Shown here: piece after piece, positions 13,118 through 24,600 of the stretch
How positions within the stretch are numbered: position 1 is the stretch's first letter
Layout: each line of letters opens with the position of its first letter
Assembly (NCBI RefSeq): GCF_988242995.1
Contig: NZ_OZ547043.1
Reading direction: 5' to 3' (one strand)
DNA length: 64,000 bases
Notes under the pieces: model-generated
What the model saw: only the letters and a program-made list of their open reading frames with translations
What the model was told of the DNA's origin: nothing
Database searches by the model: none
Position numbers and translations under genes: made by a program

Positions 13118-14530
13118 TTATTCCATTGCCCGATACACGGCCTCGCCAATTTGCTTCAGTGCTTCGCGATAGGTTTCGCTGAGCGGCAAAGCGCAGTTGA
13201 TGCGCAGACAATTACGGTATTTGCCGGAAGCTGAGAAAATCGAGCCTGCCGCCACCTGGATTTTCATGCGGCACAGCTGCCGCGCGACGCAGACCATATC
13301 GACCTGTTCAGGCAATTCTATCCACAGTAAAAATCCGCCTTTCGGGCGCGTAATACAGATTTCGCAGGGAAAATATTCCCGTATCCAGCAGGTATAAAGC
13401 GCCAAATTGCGCTGATAGATCTGCCGCATCCGCCGGATATGGCGATGATAGTGACCTTCCAGCACAAACGTTGCCGCCGCCATTTGCGTGGACGGCACAT
13501 TAAAGCTGCTGATGGCGTATTTCATATGCATCAGTTTATCGTGATAACGCCCCGGTGCGACCCAACCCACGCGCAGGCCTGGTGCAATACTTTTACTGAA
13601 CGAGCTGCACAACAGCACTCGCCCGTCGATATCCCAGGAATGAATGGTCCGCGGGCGCGGATACTCCGTCGCCAGTTCGCCATAGACATCATCTTCAAAA
13701 ATCACAATATCATGACGCTGAGCGAGAGAGAGAACGGCCCGTTTGCGCGCGTCCGGCATAATAAATCCCAGCGGATTATTACAGTTTGGCACCAGAATGA
13801 TGCCTTTAATCGGCCACTGTTCCAGCGCCAGTTCCAGCGCTTCAACGCTGATGCCAGTTTCTGGATCGGTTGGGATTTCAATCACTTTCACGCCCATGCC
13901 GCGCAGCATCTGCATCGAACCGTAATAACAGGGGGATTCGACCGCGACAATATCGCCCGGTTTACACACTGCCATTAACGCCAGCGACATCGAGTTATGG
14001 CAGCCGCTGGTGATGATGATGTCATCGGCGGTGACCACCGAGCCGCTGTCGAGCATCAGGCGGGCAATCTGCTCTCGCAATACTCGCTGACCGGCTAACA
14101 AGTCATAACCGAGAACGGTTTGCAGATTATGCTGCACCACCCGGCTTAGCTCCCGCCAAAGCGGTTTCAGGCTGGGCGCTTCGACATCCGGTGTGCTTTT
14201 GCTTAACGGAACAATGGAACTGTCGCTATGCGCCTCCAGCATATCCAGCACCTGATCCCACTGGGTAATTTCCACCGGGCGCTGCACCGGACGCGTCATC
14301 GGCGGTACTGGCGGCTGGGCTTTACGTTGTGCGACAAAATAACCCGAACGCGGCTGCGGAGTGATGAGCTTCATCGTCTCCAGCGTCTGATACGCCTGCT
14401 GCACGGTGCTGATACTGACGCCGTGCTCCTGACTTAAGCTGCGCACCGACGGCAATTTCTCCCCGTGACGATACAGCCCTTGCTCAATCCGCTCGGCAAG
14501 CAGAGTTGCCAGATGTTGATAACGCGTCAT
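13118..14530 (-). CDS. yjiR: MocR-type regulator YjiR (GntR HTH fused to PLP aminotransferase-like domain)
   Basis: 470-aa ORF; N-terminal GntR HTH (LPSVRSLSQEHGVSISTVQQAYQTLE); PLP-lysine motif SFSKSIAPGLRVGW. Confidence 0.85.
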   Translation of the reverse strand: MTRYQHLATLLAERIEQGLYRHGEKLPSVRSLSQEHGVSISTVQQAYQTLETMKLITPQPRSGYFVAQRKAQPPVPPMTRPVQRPVEITQWDQVLDMLEAHSDSSIVPLSKSTPDVEAPSLKPLWRELSRVVQHNLQTVLGYDLLAGQRVLREQIARLMLDSGSVVTADDIIITSGCHNSMSLALMAVCKPGDIVAVESPCYYGSMQMLRGMGVKVIEIPTDPETGISVEALELALEQWPIKGIILVPNCNNPLGFIMPDARKRAVLSLAQRHDIVIFEDDVYGELATEYPRPRTIHSWDIDGRVLLCSSFSKSIAPGLRVGWVAPGRYHDKLMHMKYAISSFNVPSTQMAAATFVLEGHYHRHIRRMRQIYQRNLALYTCWIREYFPCEICITRPKGGFLLWIELPEQVDMVCVARQLCRMKIQVAAGSIFSASGKYRNCLRINCALPLSETYREALKQIGEAVYRAME

Positions 14531-14706
14531 GCTGTATTCCTTATTTGGACCATACAGAGAGAAAAACCGGTACAGATGAGGCTAAAAAACCGGATGCAGA
14601 TGCTGTTTTAACCTGTCTGTATGTTAAATAAAACTAATATTTGCATCTGTATTGTGAACTGCCTGAAGGTGGATGATGAAGCCTCTGAAAGATGAGGAGG
14701 CAGCAG

Positions 14707-14871
14707 ATGGAATTTTACGAAAACAAAGCCAAAACGCCGTTTATCAGACTTGTGCAACTCTGGCAGGCGGTGAGGCGTTGGCGGCGGCAAATGCAGACCC
14801 GACGAGTGTTACAGCAGATGAGTGATGAGCGGTTGAGGGATATCGGGTTACGCAGGGAGGATGTGGAGTGA
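14707..14871 (+). CDS. yjiS: DUF1127-family small protein YjiS (54 aa); below the ORF-track size cutoff
   Basis: ATG at 14707 preceded by a strong GAGGAGG Shine-Dalgarno; product MEFYENKAKTPFIRLVQLWQAVRRWRRQMQTRRVLQQMSDERLRDIGLRREDVE; stop TGA 14869-14871. Confidence 0.7.
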   Translation: MEFYENKAKTPFIRLVQLWQAVRRWRRQMQTRRVLQQMSDERLRDIGLRREDVE

Positions 14872-15320
14872 GGGGGATATAGATTTATATATAATAAAAC
14901 GTTTTTATGTTGTTAAATTAAGTTATAAAAATTTTCCCGAGACAATTCATCAATAGGTATGGAGTGTACAGGAATATCTTCTTCACTAACCTCTTTAAAC
15001 TCATACTGATAACGGTCAAAAAACGCACAGTGATTACTTGTGTTTTTTGACTGACTTTACAACTCTCATTATTCGCTATTGTGCAGTTTCTCTAATTGTT
15101 TTATATCCTGGAATGTTAAATGTCAGCTACTGAATACTTTTTGATTGTTTGAGATTTATTTTCATTTGAAATTATAAAATCAGGTGATAAATGAGTTGTG
15201 ATTAATAGATGGTTGATATCATTTTTATCAAAAATTGATTTCTAGTATCGACCTTAAAAAATAGTTGTTGCCGCTTGGTTAATTATACGATATTTTGAAA
15301 AGTTTTCTTTCAAATTAGAA

Positions 15321-18300
15321 ATGTTGTGGGGTTTTGTTTTTGTATCTTTTATCTCTAAGGAGCTTGCTTTGGGTCAATCAGAATACATTTCATGGGTAAA
15401 ATGTACTTCCTGGCTAAGTAACTTTGTGAATCTTAGAGGGTTGAGACAACCGGATGGACGTCCTCTTTATGAATATCATGCAACCAATGCTGAATATAAC
15501 CAATTAACGCAGCTACTCTGTGCTGTTGGTCAATCACAATCTAATATATGTAATAGAGACTTTGCTGCCTGTTTTGTTCTTTTTTGCTCTGAGTGGTACC
15601 GCAGGGATTATGAACGGCAATGCGGATGGACGTGGGACCCTATATATAAAAAAATAGGGATTTCATTCACCGCCACAGAGCTTGGTACTATCGTACCGAA
15701 AGGGATGGAAGATTACTGGCTGCGCCCAATTCGATTTTATGAATCTGAACGACGTAATTTTCTCGGAACATTATTCAGTGAAGGTGGTTTACCTTTCCGG
15801 CTACTCAAAGAATCAGACAGTCGCTTTCTGGCTGTTTTCTCCAGGATCCTTGGACAATATGAGCAAGCAAAGCAGTCAGGTTTTTCTGCCCTTTCGCTGG
15901 CAAGAGCTGTCATAGAAAAATCAGCGCTGCCAACTGTTTTTAGCGAAGATACCTCTGTAGAACTTATCAGTCATATGGCTGATAACCTCAATTCCTTAGT
16001 ACTTACTCACAACCTAACAAATCACAAAGAACCAGTACAACAGCTTGATAAGGTTCACCCTACCTGGCGAAGCGAGTTTCCAATACCGTTAGATGATGAA
16101 ACAGGAACGCATTTTTTGAATGGACTGCTATGCGCAGCCTCTGTAGAGGCTAAGCCTCGACTACAAAAAAATAAGAGTACGCGTTGCCAATTCTATTGGT
16201 CAGAAAAGCATCCAGATGAGCTTAGGGTGATAGTATCTCTTCCTGACGAAGTTTCCTTTCCTGTAACTAGCGAGCCGTCAACTACGCGCTTTGAACTTGC
16301 CATTTATGAAGATGGTGAGGAAGTCTCTGGCCTTGGGCCAGCCTATGCTTCCCTGGAAAACAGACAGGCAACAGTTCGATTACGTAAAAGCGAAGTGAGA
16401 TTTGTCAGGCAAAATCCATCTGCAGGTTTGTCGTTAGTGGCTCGTGCTGGAGGGATGATTGTTGGGAGCATTAAACTTGATGACAGTGAAATTGCCATTG
16501 GTGAGGTGCCGTTAACCTTCATCGTTGATGCAGATCAATGGCTGTTACAGGGACAGGCCTCCTGCAGTGTGCGAAGCAGCGATGTTCTGATTGTGCTCCC
16601 TCGGGACAATAGCACTGTTGCTGGTTTTGATGGCCAATCGAGTGCAGTAAACGTATTAGGACTTAAAGCGCTACCTGTTAAGGGATGTCAGGACGTTACA
16701 GTTACAGCAAATGAAACTTATCGGATTCGCACCGGAAGAGAACAAATCAGCATCGGAAGGTTTGCTCTAAATGGAAAGCGTGCAAGCTGGGTTTGTCATC
16801 CAGATGAGACATTTATTGGTGTACCAAAAGTCATTTCTACACTACCAGATATTCAAAGCATTGATGTAACGCGTTACCTGAGCGGAATTTCAATTGAGCA
16901 ATGTCATATACAAGAGATGCTAGGGGCTCAATATCTTTCTATCCGTAATAGTAATAATGAAACGCTCTTGCGTCGCAAAATCGGTATCTTGCCTGCTGAT
17001 TTCAGTATTGAGATAAAAGGTGGAATGCACGCAAATGAAGGCACTATCGTAATCACCACACAGCATCCTTGTGTAGCAACACTTAAAGATAAAACATTGG
17101 AGGCTACACGTAAGCGTACTGAGGGGCGAACAGAGATACAACTCAAAGCGGAAGGGGTACCTCCGGCATTTATTACATTACAAGTTCTGCCTAATTTGGC
17201 GGCTGATACCATCGACATTGAGTTACCTTTCCCAGCTAAAGGCTGCCTTGCTCTTGATGTAAACGGACGTCCTCTGGATAAAAACATTACGCTGCATGAT
17301 CTGCTGGGTTCCAGAGCATTCCTGTTCTCCAGAAATGGTGAGCCGACAAAATATACATTGCAGTTGCATTTGCGCTCCATTAGTGGATTACAGGCATGGC
17401 ACGAATGGAGTTATACGGCATTGAGCGAGCGTCCTGTTGAATTGAATCTCTATAGTCTACGTGAACACATTGAAAATCTGATTTCACTTGAGGCAGGTAT
17501 TGATCAGGTTGTTGAGATGCGTATTACGGGGGCGGGTGTGGTCATGGCCTGGCAAATTCGTCGCTATAAATACAGCCTGCGCTATGATTATGAAAAAGAA
17601 CTATTACTCAGCCAGTCAGTGAACCATCGTGCTGGACAGATTCCTTCCCCCGTTATCATGCTGTTAAGTGAACCCGAGAGGAAATCCATTCCCTTAGCAT
17701 CAAGAATGAGCGAGGGAGTGCCTGTCGGTGAATATGAGTTGAGCTCAATCGTTAACAAAAACGGACCATGGTTGGTTGTTCCTAAACCGGGTGAAGAGAT
17801 GGCTTTTCGCCCCTGCTTCATTCGTGGCGAATCTTCGTTACCGGTAGAAGAAAGCAACATCCGCTCATTGCAGAAAGCGACCCAGCTTTTTAATCCACAG
17901 GCAGAAGTTAATACCATCACACGGGTTCTCGGACAGATGGCTAACGATCCTGCCCATTCCGGCTGGCAATTTATGCGTAGCCTGTACGATCAATTTGGTT
18001 ATTTACCGCTGGCAACCTTTGAAGTATGGCGTGCACTAGTGCAGCATCCGCAGGCATTGGCGATGTCGCTCTTCAAATTCGAAATGTCAGCAGAGTATCT
18101 GAGTCGTATTGAGAATGAGTTCCCTATTTTATGGGAGTTTTTCCCCATCTTTGAGATCAAAGCTGCATCTGAGCGTTTCAAATTGTTCCTGAGCCAAAAA
18201 GGTGCACCGGAGGAAACCCAGAAATTACTGGTTACCAATATGTTTCAACGGCTGGGGCTCGTGTTCCCGACATATGCCGATGAAATTGAGAAATGGTTAA

Positions 18301-18659
18301 GTAATGGATATCTCCCCCCGTCTATTCCTGAATCTTGTGTCCACGGGTGGTATCAGGAGCTCTTACGTGAGCACAGTGAAGCTCGCTGGCCTGAATACGG
18401 CTGCAAGCGTCTGTATAAATGGATGATGTCACAAAAAAATCCAGTGATTGGTATTAATCCTGACGCAAATCACCGCTATTCCGTGGCCTGGTTACCCGTC
18501 TTCGCCGCAGCGGTGGCAAGCGGAAATGCTTCTTTTGAATCTGTATTTGACCGTAAACCCGGTGCCGTATTTTTCCTGAGGCAAGTCAGGGATTTCGATT
18601 CCCGCTGGTTTAAGGCCATCTTCCAGTTCAGCCTGTTGCGTTATGTTGCTAAAAAATAA
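15321..18659 (+). CDS. yjiT: Large protein of unknown function (1112 aa); intact counterpart of the K-12 yjiT pseudogene; candidate DruH-like partner of the downstream helicase
   Basis: Uninterrupted 3.3-kb ORF with no motif I recognise; AT-rich 5' end; alternative in-frame TTG start at 15369 has a perfect AAGGAG Shine-Dalgarno; stop is 12 nt before the next gene. Confidence 0.8.
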   Translation: MLWGFVFVSFISKELALGQSEYISWVKCTSWLSNFVNLRGLRQPDGRPLYEYHATNAEYNQLTQLLCAVGQSQSNICNRDFAACFVLFCSEWYRRDYERQCGWTWDPIYKKIGISFTATELGTIVPKGMEDYWLRPIRFYESERRNFLGTLFSEGGLPFRLLKESDSRFLAVFSRILGQYEQAKQSGFSALSLARAVIEKSALPTVFSEDTSVELISHMADNLNSLVLTHNLTNHKEPVQQLDKVHPTWRSEFPIPLDDETGTHFLNGLLCAASVEAKPRLQKNKSTRCQFYWSEKHPDELRVIVSLPDEVSFPVTSEPSTTRFELAIYEDGEEVSGLGPAYASLENRQATVRLRKSEVRFVRQNPSAGLSLVARAGGMIVGSIKLDDSEIAIGEVPLTFIVDADQWLLQGQASCSVRSSDVLIVLPRDNSTVAGFDGQSSAVNVLGLKALPVKGCQDVTVTANETYRIRTGREQISIGRFALNGKRASWVCHPDETFIGVPKVISTLPDIQSIDVTRYLSGISIEQCHIQEMLGAQYLSIRNSNNETLLRRKIGILPADFSIEIKGGMHANEGTIVITTQHPCVATLKDKTLEATRKRTEGRTEIQLKAEGVPPAFITLQVLPNLAADTIDIELPFPAKGCLALDVNGRPLDKNITLHDLLGSRAFLFSRNGEPTKYTLQLHLRSISGLQAWHEWSYTALSERPVELNLYSLREHIENLISLEAGIDQVVEMRITGAGVVMAWQIRRYKYSLRYDYEKELLLSQSVNHRAGQIPSPVIMLLSEPERKSIPLASRMSEGVPVGEYELSSIVNKNGPWLVVPKPGEEMAFRPCFIRGESSLPVEESNIRSLQKATQLFNPQAEVNTITRVLGQMANDPAHSGWQFMRSLYDQFGYLPLATFEVWRALVQHPQALAMSLFKFEMSAEYLSRIENEFPILWEFFPIFEIKAASERFKLFLSQKGAPEETQKLLVTNMFQRLGLVFPTYADEIEKWLSNGYLPPSIPESCVHGWYQELLREHSEARWPEYGCKRLYKWMMSQKNPVIGINPDANHRYSVAWLPVFAAAVASGNASFESVFDRKPGAVFFLRQVRDFDSRWFKAIFQFSLLRYVAKK

Positions 18660-18671
18660 AAAGGAATAAGG

Positions 18672-21600
18672 ATGACTACACGCTATTTTTCGTCACTTAT
18701 TGAACAATCGTTGTCTCGTTCAACTGAAGCAACGCTCAGTATCATGGGCGTTACAAACCCGCAGTTGCGTGAACATCTCGCGCAGCAAATGGGGGCTGAT
18801 TGTGGGAAACCGGGCTCATTCCTTGCTTCTCCGGTATTCCAGCAAATGTTTGGCTGGAAGGAGTCAAACCACACGATGCGCAGTCTGACGGAAGGCAACG
18901 CATTGTTGAGCAAAGCAGTGGTTGATTCACTGGATGATCAGAGTAATGGCCGGTACCGATTTGGTGCTGACTGGAAGCCTTTTACACACCAGTTAGCCAG
19001 TTGGAAAGCTTTGCTGGAAAAGAAACATTCAGTGGTGGTAACCAGTGGTACGGGTTCAGGTAAAACGGAATGTTTTATGGTACCGGTGCTGGAAGATCTT
19101 TACCGGGAACTGCATGAAAATGGCAACAATCCGTTGGTCGGTGTCCGAGCCCTTTTTCTCTATCCATTGAACGCCTTGATTAATTCACAGCGCGAGCGTC
19201 TGGATGCCTGGACGCGTGGTTTTGGTACTGGGATCCGCTACTGCTTGTATAACGGAAATACAGAAGAGCTCCACGCAAAAATGAAAACAGTGCAGGATAA
19301 TAGACCAAATGAAGTCTTATCCCGTGAAAAGATGCGTCTGGAGCCAGCCCCGATTCTGGTGACCAACGGCACGATGCTGGAATATATGATGGTTCGCCAG
19401 GTCGACGCCCCGATTATCCAGCAATCCAAAGCACAAAAATCACTACGCTGGATTGTACTGGATGAAGCGCATACCTATGTCGGGTCGCAGGCCGCTGAAC
19501 TGGCACTCCAGCTGCGTCGTGTGATGACAGCGTTTGGCGTGACGCCAGATGATGTGCGCTTTGTAGCGACCTCTGCGACCATTGCCTGCAGCGACGCCGA
19601 AAAGCAGCTGAAAAAATTTCTCTCTGAATTATCCGGTATCCCGCAGGAGCGCATCGATGTTCTGGACGGAAGTCGGGTGATTCCTGAACTGGAACCATCC
19701 AAAAACGTTTCTGTTCCGTTAGACGAAATAGAGCAAATACCTGATCTGGATCTAAAAGATAAAAATGATAATAAAATTAAAGGGATAAGCCCTGAGCGCT
19801 TTTATGCGCTTACGCACTCCCCCGAAGCGCGTTACATACGTGAAATGTTGGTTAGCCAACCCAATCCAATGAAACTGGATGAGATGACGCAGCGGTTAAA
19901 TGCGCTGACAAAACAGCATTACAGCCAGCAGGAAGTACTGCGTTGGATCGATGTCTGTTCAGGGACTCAACCTAATGCAAAGGATCCCGCATTTCTTAAA
20001 GTCAGGGCGCATATCTTCCAGCGTAATACCCAAGGAATATGGGCTTGTGTTGATAAAGATTGCAGATTAAAGCACGGTACACCGCTCGAAAAAGGCTGGC
20101 CCTTTGGCTATGTGTATGTGAACCAGCGACAAAATTGTGACTGTGGAAGCCCTGTATACGAAGTTGCATTCTGTAATGATTGTAATGAGCCTCATCTTCT
20201 GGCGCAGGACAAAAAGGGCAAACTTGTCCAATGGGAAAATAAAGGTGGCGATGAGTTCTCCTTGCAGGATGAAGTACCTGTTGAACATGACACTACAGAG
20301 GAAAAAGTCGAAAAAGAGAACGGTTTCCTGCCTCCGTTGATTATTGCCGCAGGAGAGACCAGCGAGACAGGCTATACCCTACAACGCCTCGACCACCAGA
20401 CGCGCCGTATTGGCGTTATTAACAATGACAGCATTCCGCTGATTATTAATGATGTTGAACAGGTTTGTAGCGCCAGTGGCTGTGGCTACAGAGGCATGAG
20501 TGGGAAACAGCCCTTCCGGCGTGCACTATTAGGTGGGCCATTTTACGTTACTAATATCGTGCCCACCGTTCTTGAGTATTGTCAGGACTTTACCAGTGAT
20601 GAAGGCAAAGAGGGCGTCGGACCAGATTCGTTGCCAGGGCGAGGACGTCGACTCATTACCTTTACGGACAGTCGACAAGGTACAGCTCGAATGGCGGTGC
20701 GTATGCAGCAAGAAGCAGAACGCAGTCTCTTACGCGGAAGCGTAGTCGAAATTCTGAGCTGGCATCAACGGACGCAAACGTCCACGGCGCCGAATGCCAA
20801 TGCCGATCTGGAAAAATTAGCGGCCAGGGCAAAGCAAGCCCGTGAGCAGGCAGAAGAATATCGAAGCTGGGGAATGCCAGACCAGGCGAAATTGTCACAA
20901 GCACAGGCTGAACAGCTTGAACAGGCTTATCAGGCTGCAACCGGTGGAAAAGCAGCAACTACCCTGGTATCCCGCACCTGGACAGAAATGGTTAACGAGC
21001 TTAAAGATAAAGCCGATATCCGTGGCCCGGTACTGAAATATAACCACTATTTGCAGCCTGAAGTGTTTAATAAAAACGGCGGGCCACTAAAGCTTTCGGA
21101 AATGTTGTTGTTCCGGGAATTCATGCGTCGCCCTAAACGGACTAACAGCCTGGAAACACAGGGGCTGGTTCAGGTTGGTTACCAGGGGCTGGAGAAAATA
21201 CATAAGAGCCCCTTGCACTGGCAGGAAAAAGGATTAACGCTGGATGACTGGCGCGATTTTCTCAAGGTTACGTTGGATCTTTATGTTCGCGAAAGCAACT
21301 TCACACAGCTGGATGATGAGCTGAAAAACTGGATTGGTAGCCGTTTTTCATCAAAATTCGTCCGTAACCCGGAATCAAAAGATCCTGAAGATAATCAGAA
21401 CAGACGCTGGCCTCAAATTCGTAATGGCAACGTATCCCATCGTTTAGCGAAGTTACTGATGCTGGGGGCTGGATTCAAAACCGTCAATACGGCGACTATT
21501 GATATTATCAATACATGGCTGAAAGAAGCATGGGCCCAACTTACCGGACCACTTGCAGTACTGAAACCCGATGGCAACCGTTTTTATTTACCGAAAGAGC

Positions 21601-24600
21601 ATATGACTTTTTCTTTAATCACGGATGCCTGGATTTGCCCGGTAACCAATAAAATCCTGGATACGGCTTTTAAAGGCTTAACCCCTTATCTGCCCACCCA
21701 TATTTCGTTCGAGCATCTTACCCAGGCGCAATATGACACTTTTGTCGCGCAGAAAGTCACCATGCCGGAAATCTGGAAGCTGGATCGTTCACAGGAAGAC
21801 TACGCAGAGGGTCTGGCAAAAGCACGAGACTGGGTCAACAATGATCCGCTGATCGCACAATTGCGGTCGGAAAACGTCTGGACAGACATCAACGATCGTG
21901 TAGTGGAAGGCGGTTTCTACTATCGCACTGCCGAGCACTCTGCCCAGCAGTCGTCAGAACGCCTGCAAAGCTATGAAAAGATGTTCAAGAACGGGCAACT
22001 AAATGTTCTCAACTGTTCCACCACCATGGAAATGGGGGTTGATATTGGGGGCATTACTGCGGTGGTAATGAACAACGTTCCGCCACATCCGGCCAACTAT
22101 TTACAGCGCGCCGGGCGAGCCGGGCGTAGTAAAGAATCACGCGCGATCTCTTATACCCTATGCAAAGGTAACCCACACGACCAGCAGGTTTTTGCCAACC
22201 CACTCTGGCCATTTGAAACCATGATCCCGGCACCCATGGTCGCGATGAACTCCGCCCGACTGGTGCAACGTCACGTCAATGCATTATTACTGTCTGACTT
22301 TTTATGTAACGTTATTGGCGAAACCGATAAAGAGAAAACCAGCCTCGATAGCCTCTGGTTTTTCGGTGAAGATGACGGGCAGTCAAAATGCGAACGCTTT
22401 AAAGTCTGGCTGGAACGCCCGGTTCTTGATATCGACATGGCGCTGGAACGGCTGGTGAAAGGTACGGCGTTGCATGGCGCAAGAGCCGAACATCTGCGGG
22501 ATAAAACAATCAATGCGATCACCTTCCTGCAACAGCGGTGGCTCTCCGTTTATCGCGATCTCGTGACCCAGGAGCGTGAGTCGCAGCCGCAAACGCCTTA
22601 TCGTAAGCGCATAGAGCTGGAGAAGAAACGGCACTGTGGCGAGTATCTGCTGCGCGATCTGGCTGCCAGAACCTTCCTGCCGGGATACGGTTTCCCGACA
22701 GATGTAGTGACGTTTGATAACTTCACGATGGAAGATTATATCCGCGAAAAATCGCAGAAAAGTCGTGATAAAAAGGACCGTGAAGATAACGTCTCCCGTT
22801 ATAAAGGATTACCTTCCCGTAACCTCGGTGTTGCCATTCGTGAATATGCACCGGGAGCAGAGATCATTCTTGATGGTCGTGTCTTCCGCTCTGCCGGTGT
22901 CTCACTGCACTGGCACAACATTAATGCTGATACCAATGAAGCCCAGCGTCTGGATTGCGCCTGGCGCTGTCACAAATGCGGGACCATTGGCTATGAAGAG
23001 GGGATGAGCAGTTCCGGGATGCTCTTTTGCTCCAACAGCGCCTGCGGCGAAAAAATAACCATGGATAATCGCCGTCAGGTGTTGCAGCCTGCCGGGTTTG
23101 TCACCGATGCACACGCTCCGGTAACGAACAATATTGAAACCATGAAATTCGTCCCGGTTGTCCCCGCGTGGGTCTTTGTTAAAGCAGAGCCTGTACCGTT
23201 GCCTAACCCGCTAATGGGTTATATGGCTTCTGGGGCTGATGGGCATGTTTTCCAGCAAAGTTTGGGGGAAGGTGGACACGGTTATGCATTGTGTCTGAGC
23301 TGTGGCCGTGCGGAGTCGATGCTGAATGAAAATGATGCACCGAAAAGTATGGAAGCTCACTATCCACCGCGTCCGGGTAAAGCGGACCGCGACAGCCAGA
23401 ATCATCGTCTGATTTGCCCCGGTTCGACGGCACTCATGAAGAACGTCACCCTGGGCGCACTGGCGCGCACCGATGTCTTTGAAATGGTTCTGCGCAAACC
23501 GCAAAACGGCGAGTATCTGCCAGATAACACAGAAGAGGGGCGGATTGTCGCTATGACTCTGGCGGTTGCTCTGCGTCAGGCGCTGGCAGGCGTTCTGGGT
23601 ATCTCCGCCGCAGAACTCGGCTATTCTGTACGTCCGGTCAGACTGGAGGATGGGCAATCGGTATTAGCCGTTCAGCTTTATGATGTGATCAGCGGTGGTG
23701 CTGGTTTTGCCTCCAGCGCACCGGTACATATTGAAGCTATATTGCAGGGAATGGTGAAACAGTTAGGCTGCCGCCATTGTGATACTGCATGCAGTGAATG
23801 TCTGCTTGATTCCCAGACTCGCCACGATCACGATTTGCTGGATCGCAAAGTGGCGCTGGCTTGGCTTGGCGATGACTTCACGTATTACATCGGTTTACCG
23901 GATGAAGAGACATTCTCGCTGCCGGATGCCCGCTACTGCCCTGGCGCTATTGGCGATACGATTCGCCGGGCGATTAACGAAGGCGCTGAAAAGCTCACCC
24001 TGTGGATGACTGGCGCGCCCAATGAGTGGGATTTATACGGCCGTCAGTTCCGCGCGGCTATTCAGAGCTATCGGCTAAAAGACAACGTCGAGGTCGATCT
24101 TGTTATTCCTGCGGGAGTGGATGACCCAGACCTGTTGCATGAACTATCGCAATTTACTGCGCTGGGTGTGCGGTTGTGCCATGTTGAGCAGGAGCTGCAA
24201 TTACCGATTGTTGCCCAGGTCACCTTTGCCGATCGCGTGATGACGCTGGCCTCTCGCAGTCAGCAGGCAACGATTCCGGGGCCGGAGTGGCACCTGAATG
24301 ACGAACTGGTGGTGCGTAGTCTCGGTTATCAAACGGTAGAACTGAACGAGTTTATTCTGCCCGCTAAAGCCGCCAACGCTGTCGAGCGGGTCAAAGACAT
24401 TCAGATCCACAAACAGTTGAATGGACCACTTTCGCAGTTTGGGCAACGCTTCTGGGACGTGCTGTTTAACGACCATGAAGAAGCGCAGTCACTGATGAAA
24501 AACACGCGAATTACCGGCGTTCACTATACCGATCGCTATCTGCAAAACCCGGTTGCGCTGGCGTTGTTGGGATCAATTCTGAAACCGCTAAAAACAAAGC

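Noticed and set aside
14608-14790. 60-aa ORF on the minus strand
   Set aside because: Antisense to, and overlapping, the well-supported yjiS gene; no Shine-Dalgarno; low-complexity translation.
16928-17380. 150-aa ORF on the minus strand inside the 1112-aa cassette gene
   Set aside because: Antisense shadow of the long plus-strand ORF; no start context; a regulatory antisense role cannot be excluded but is unsupported.
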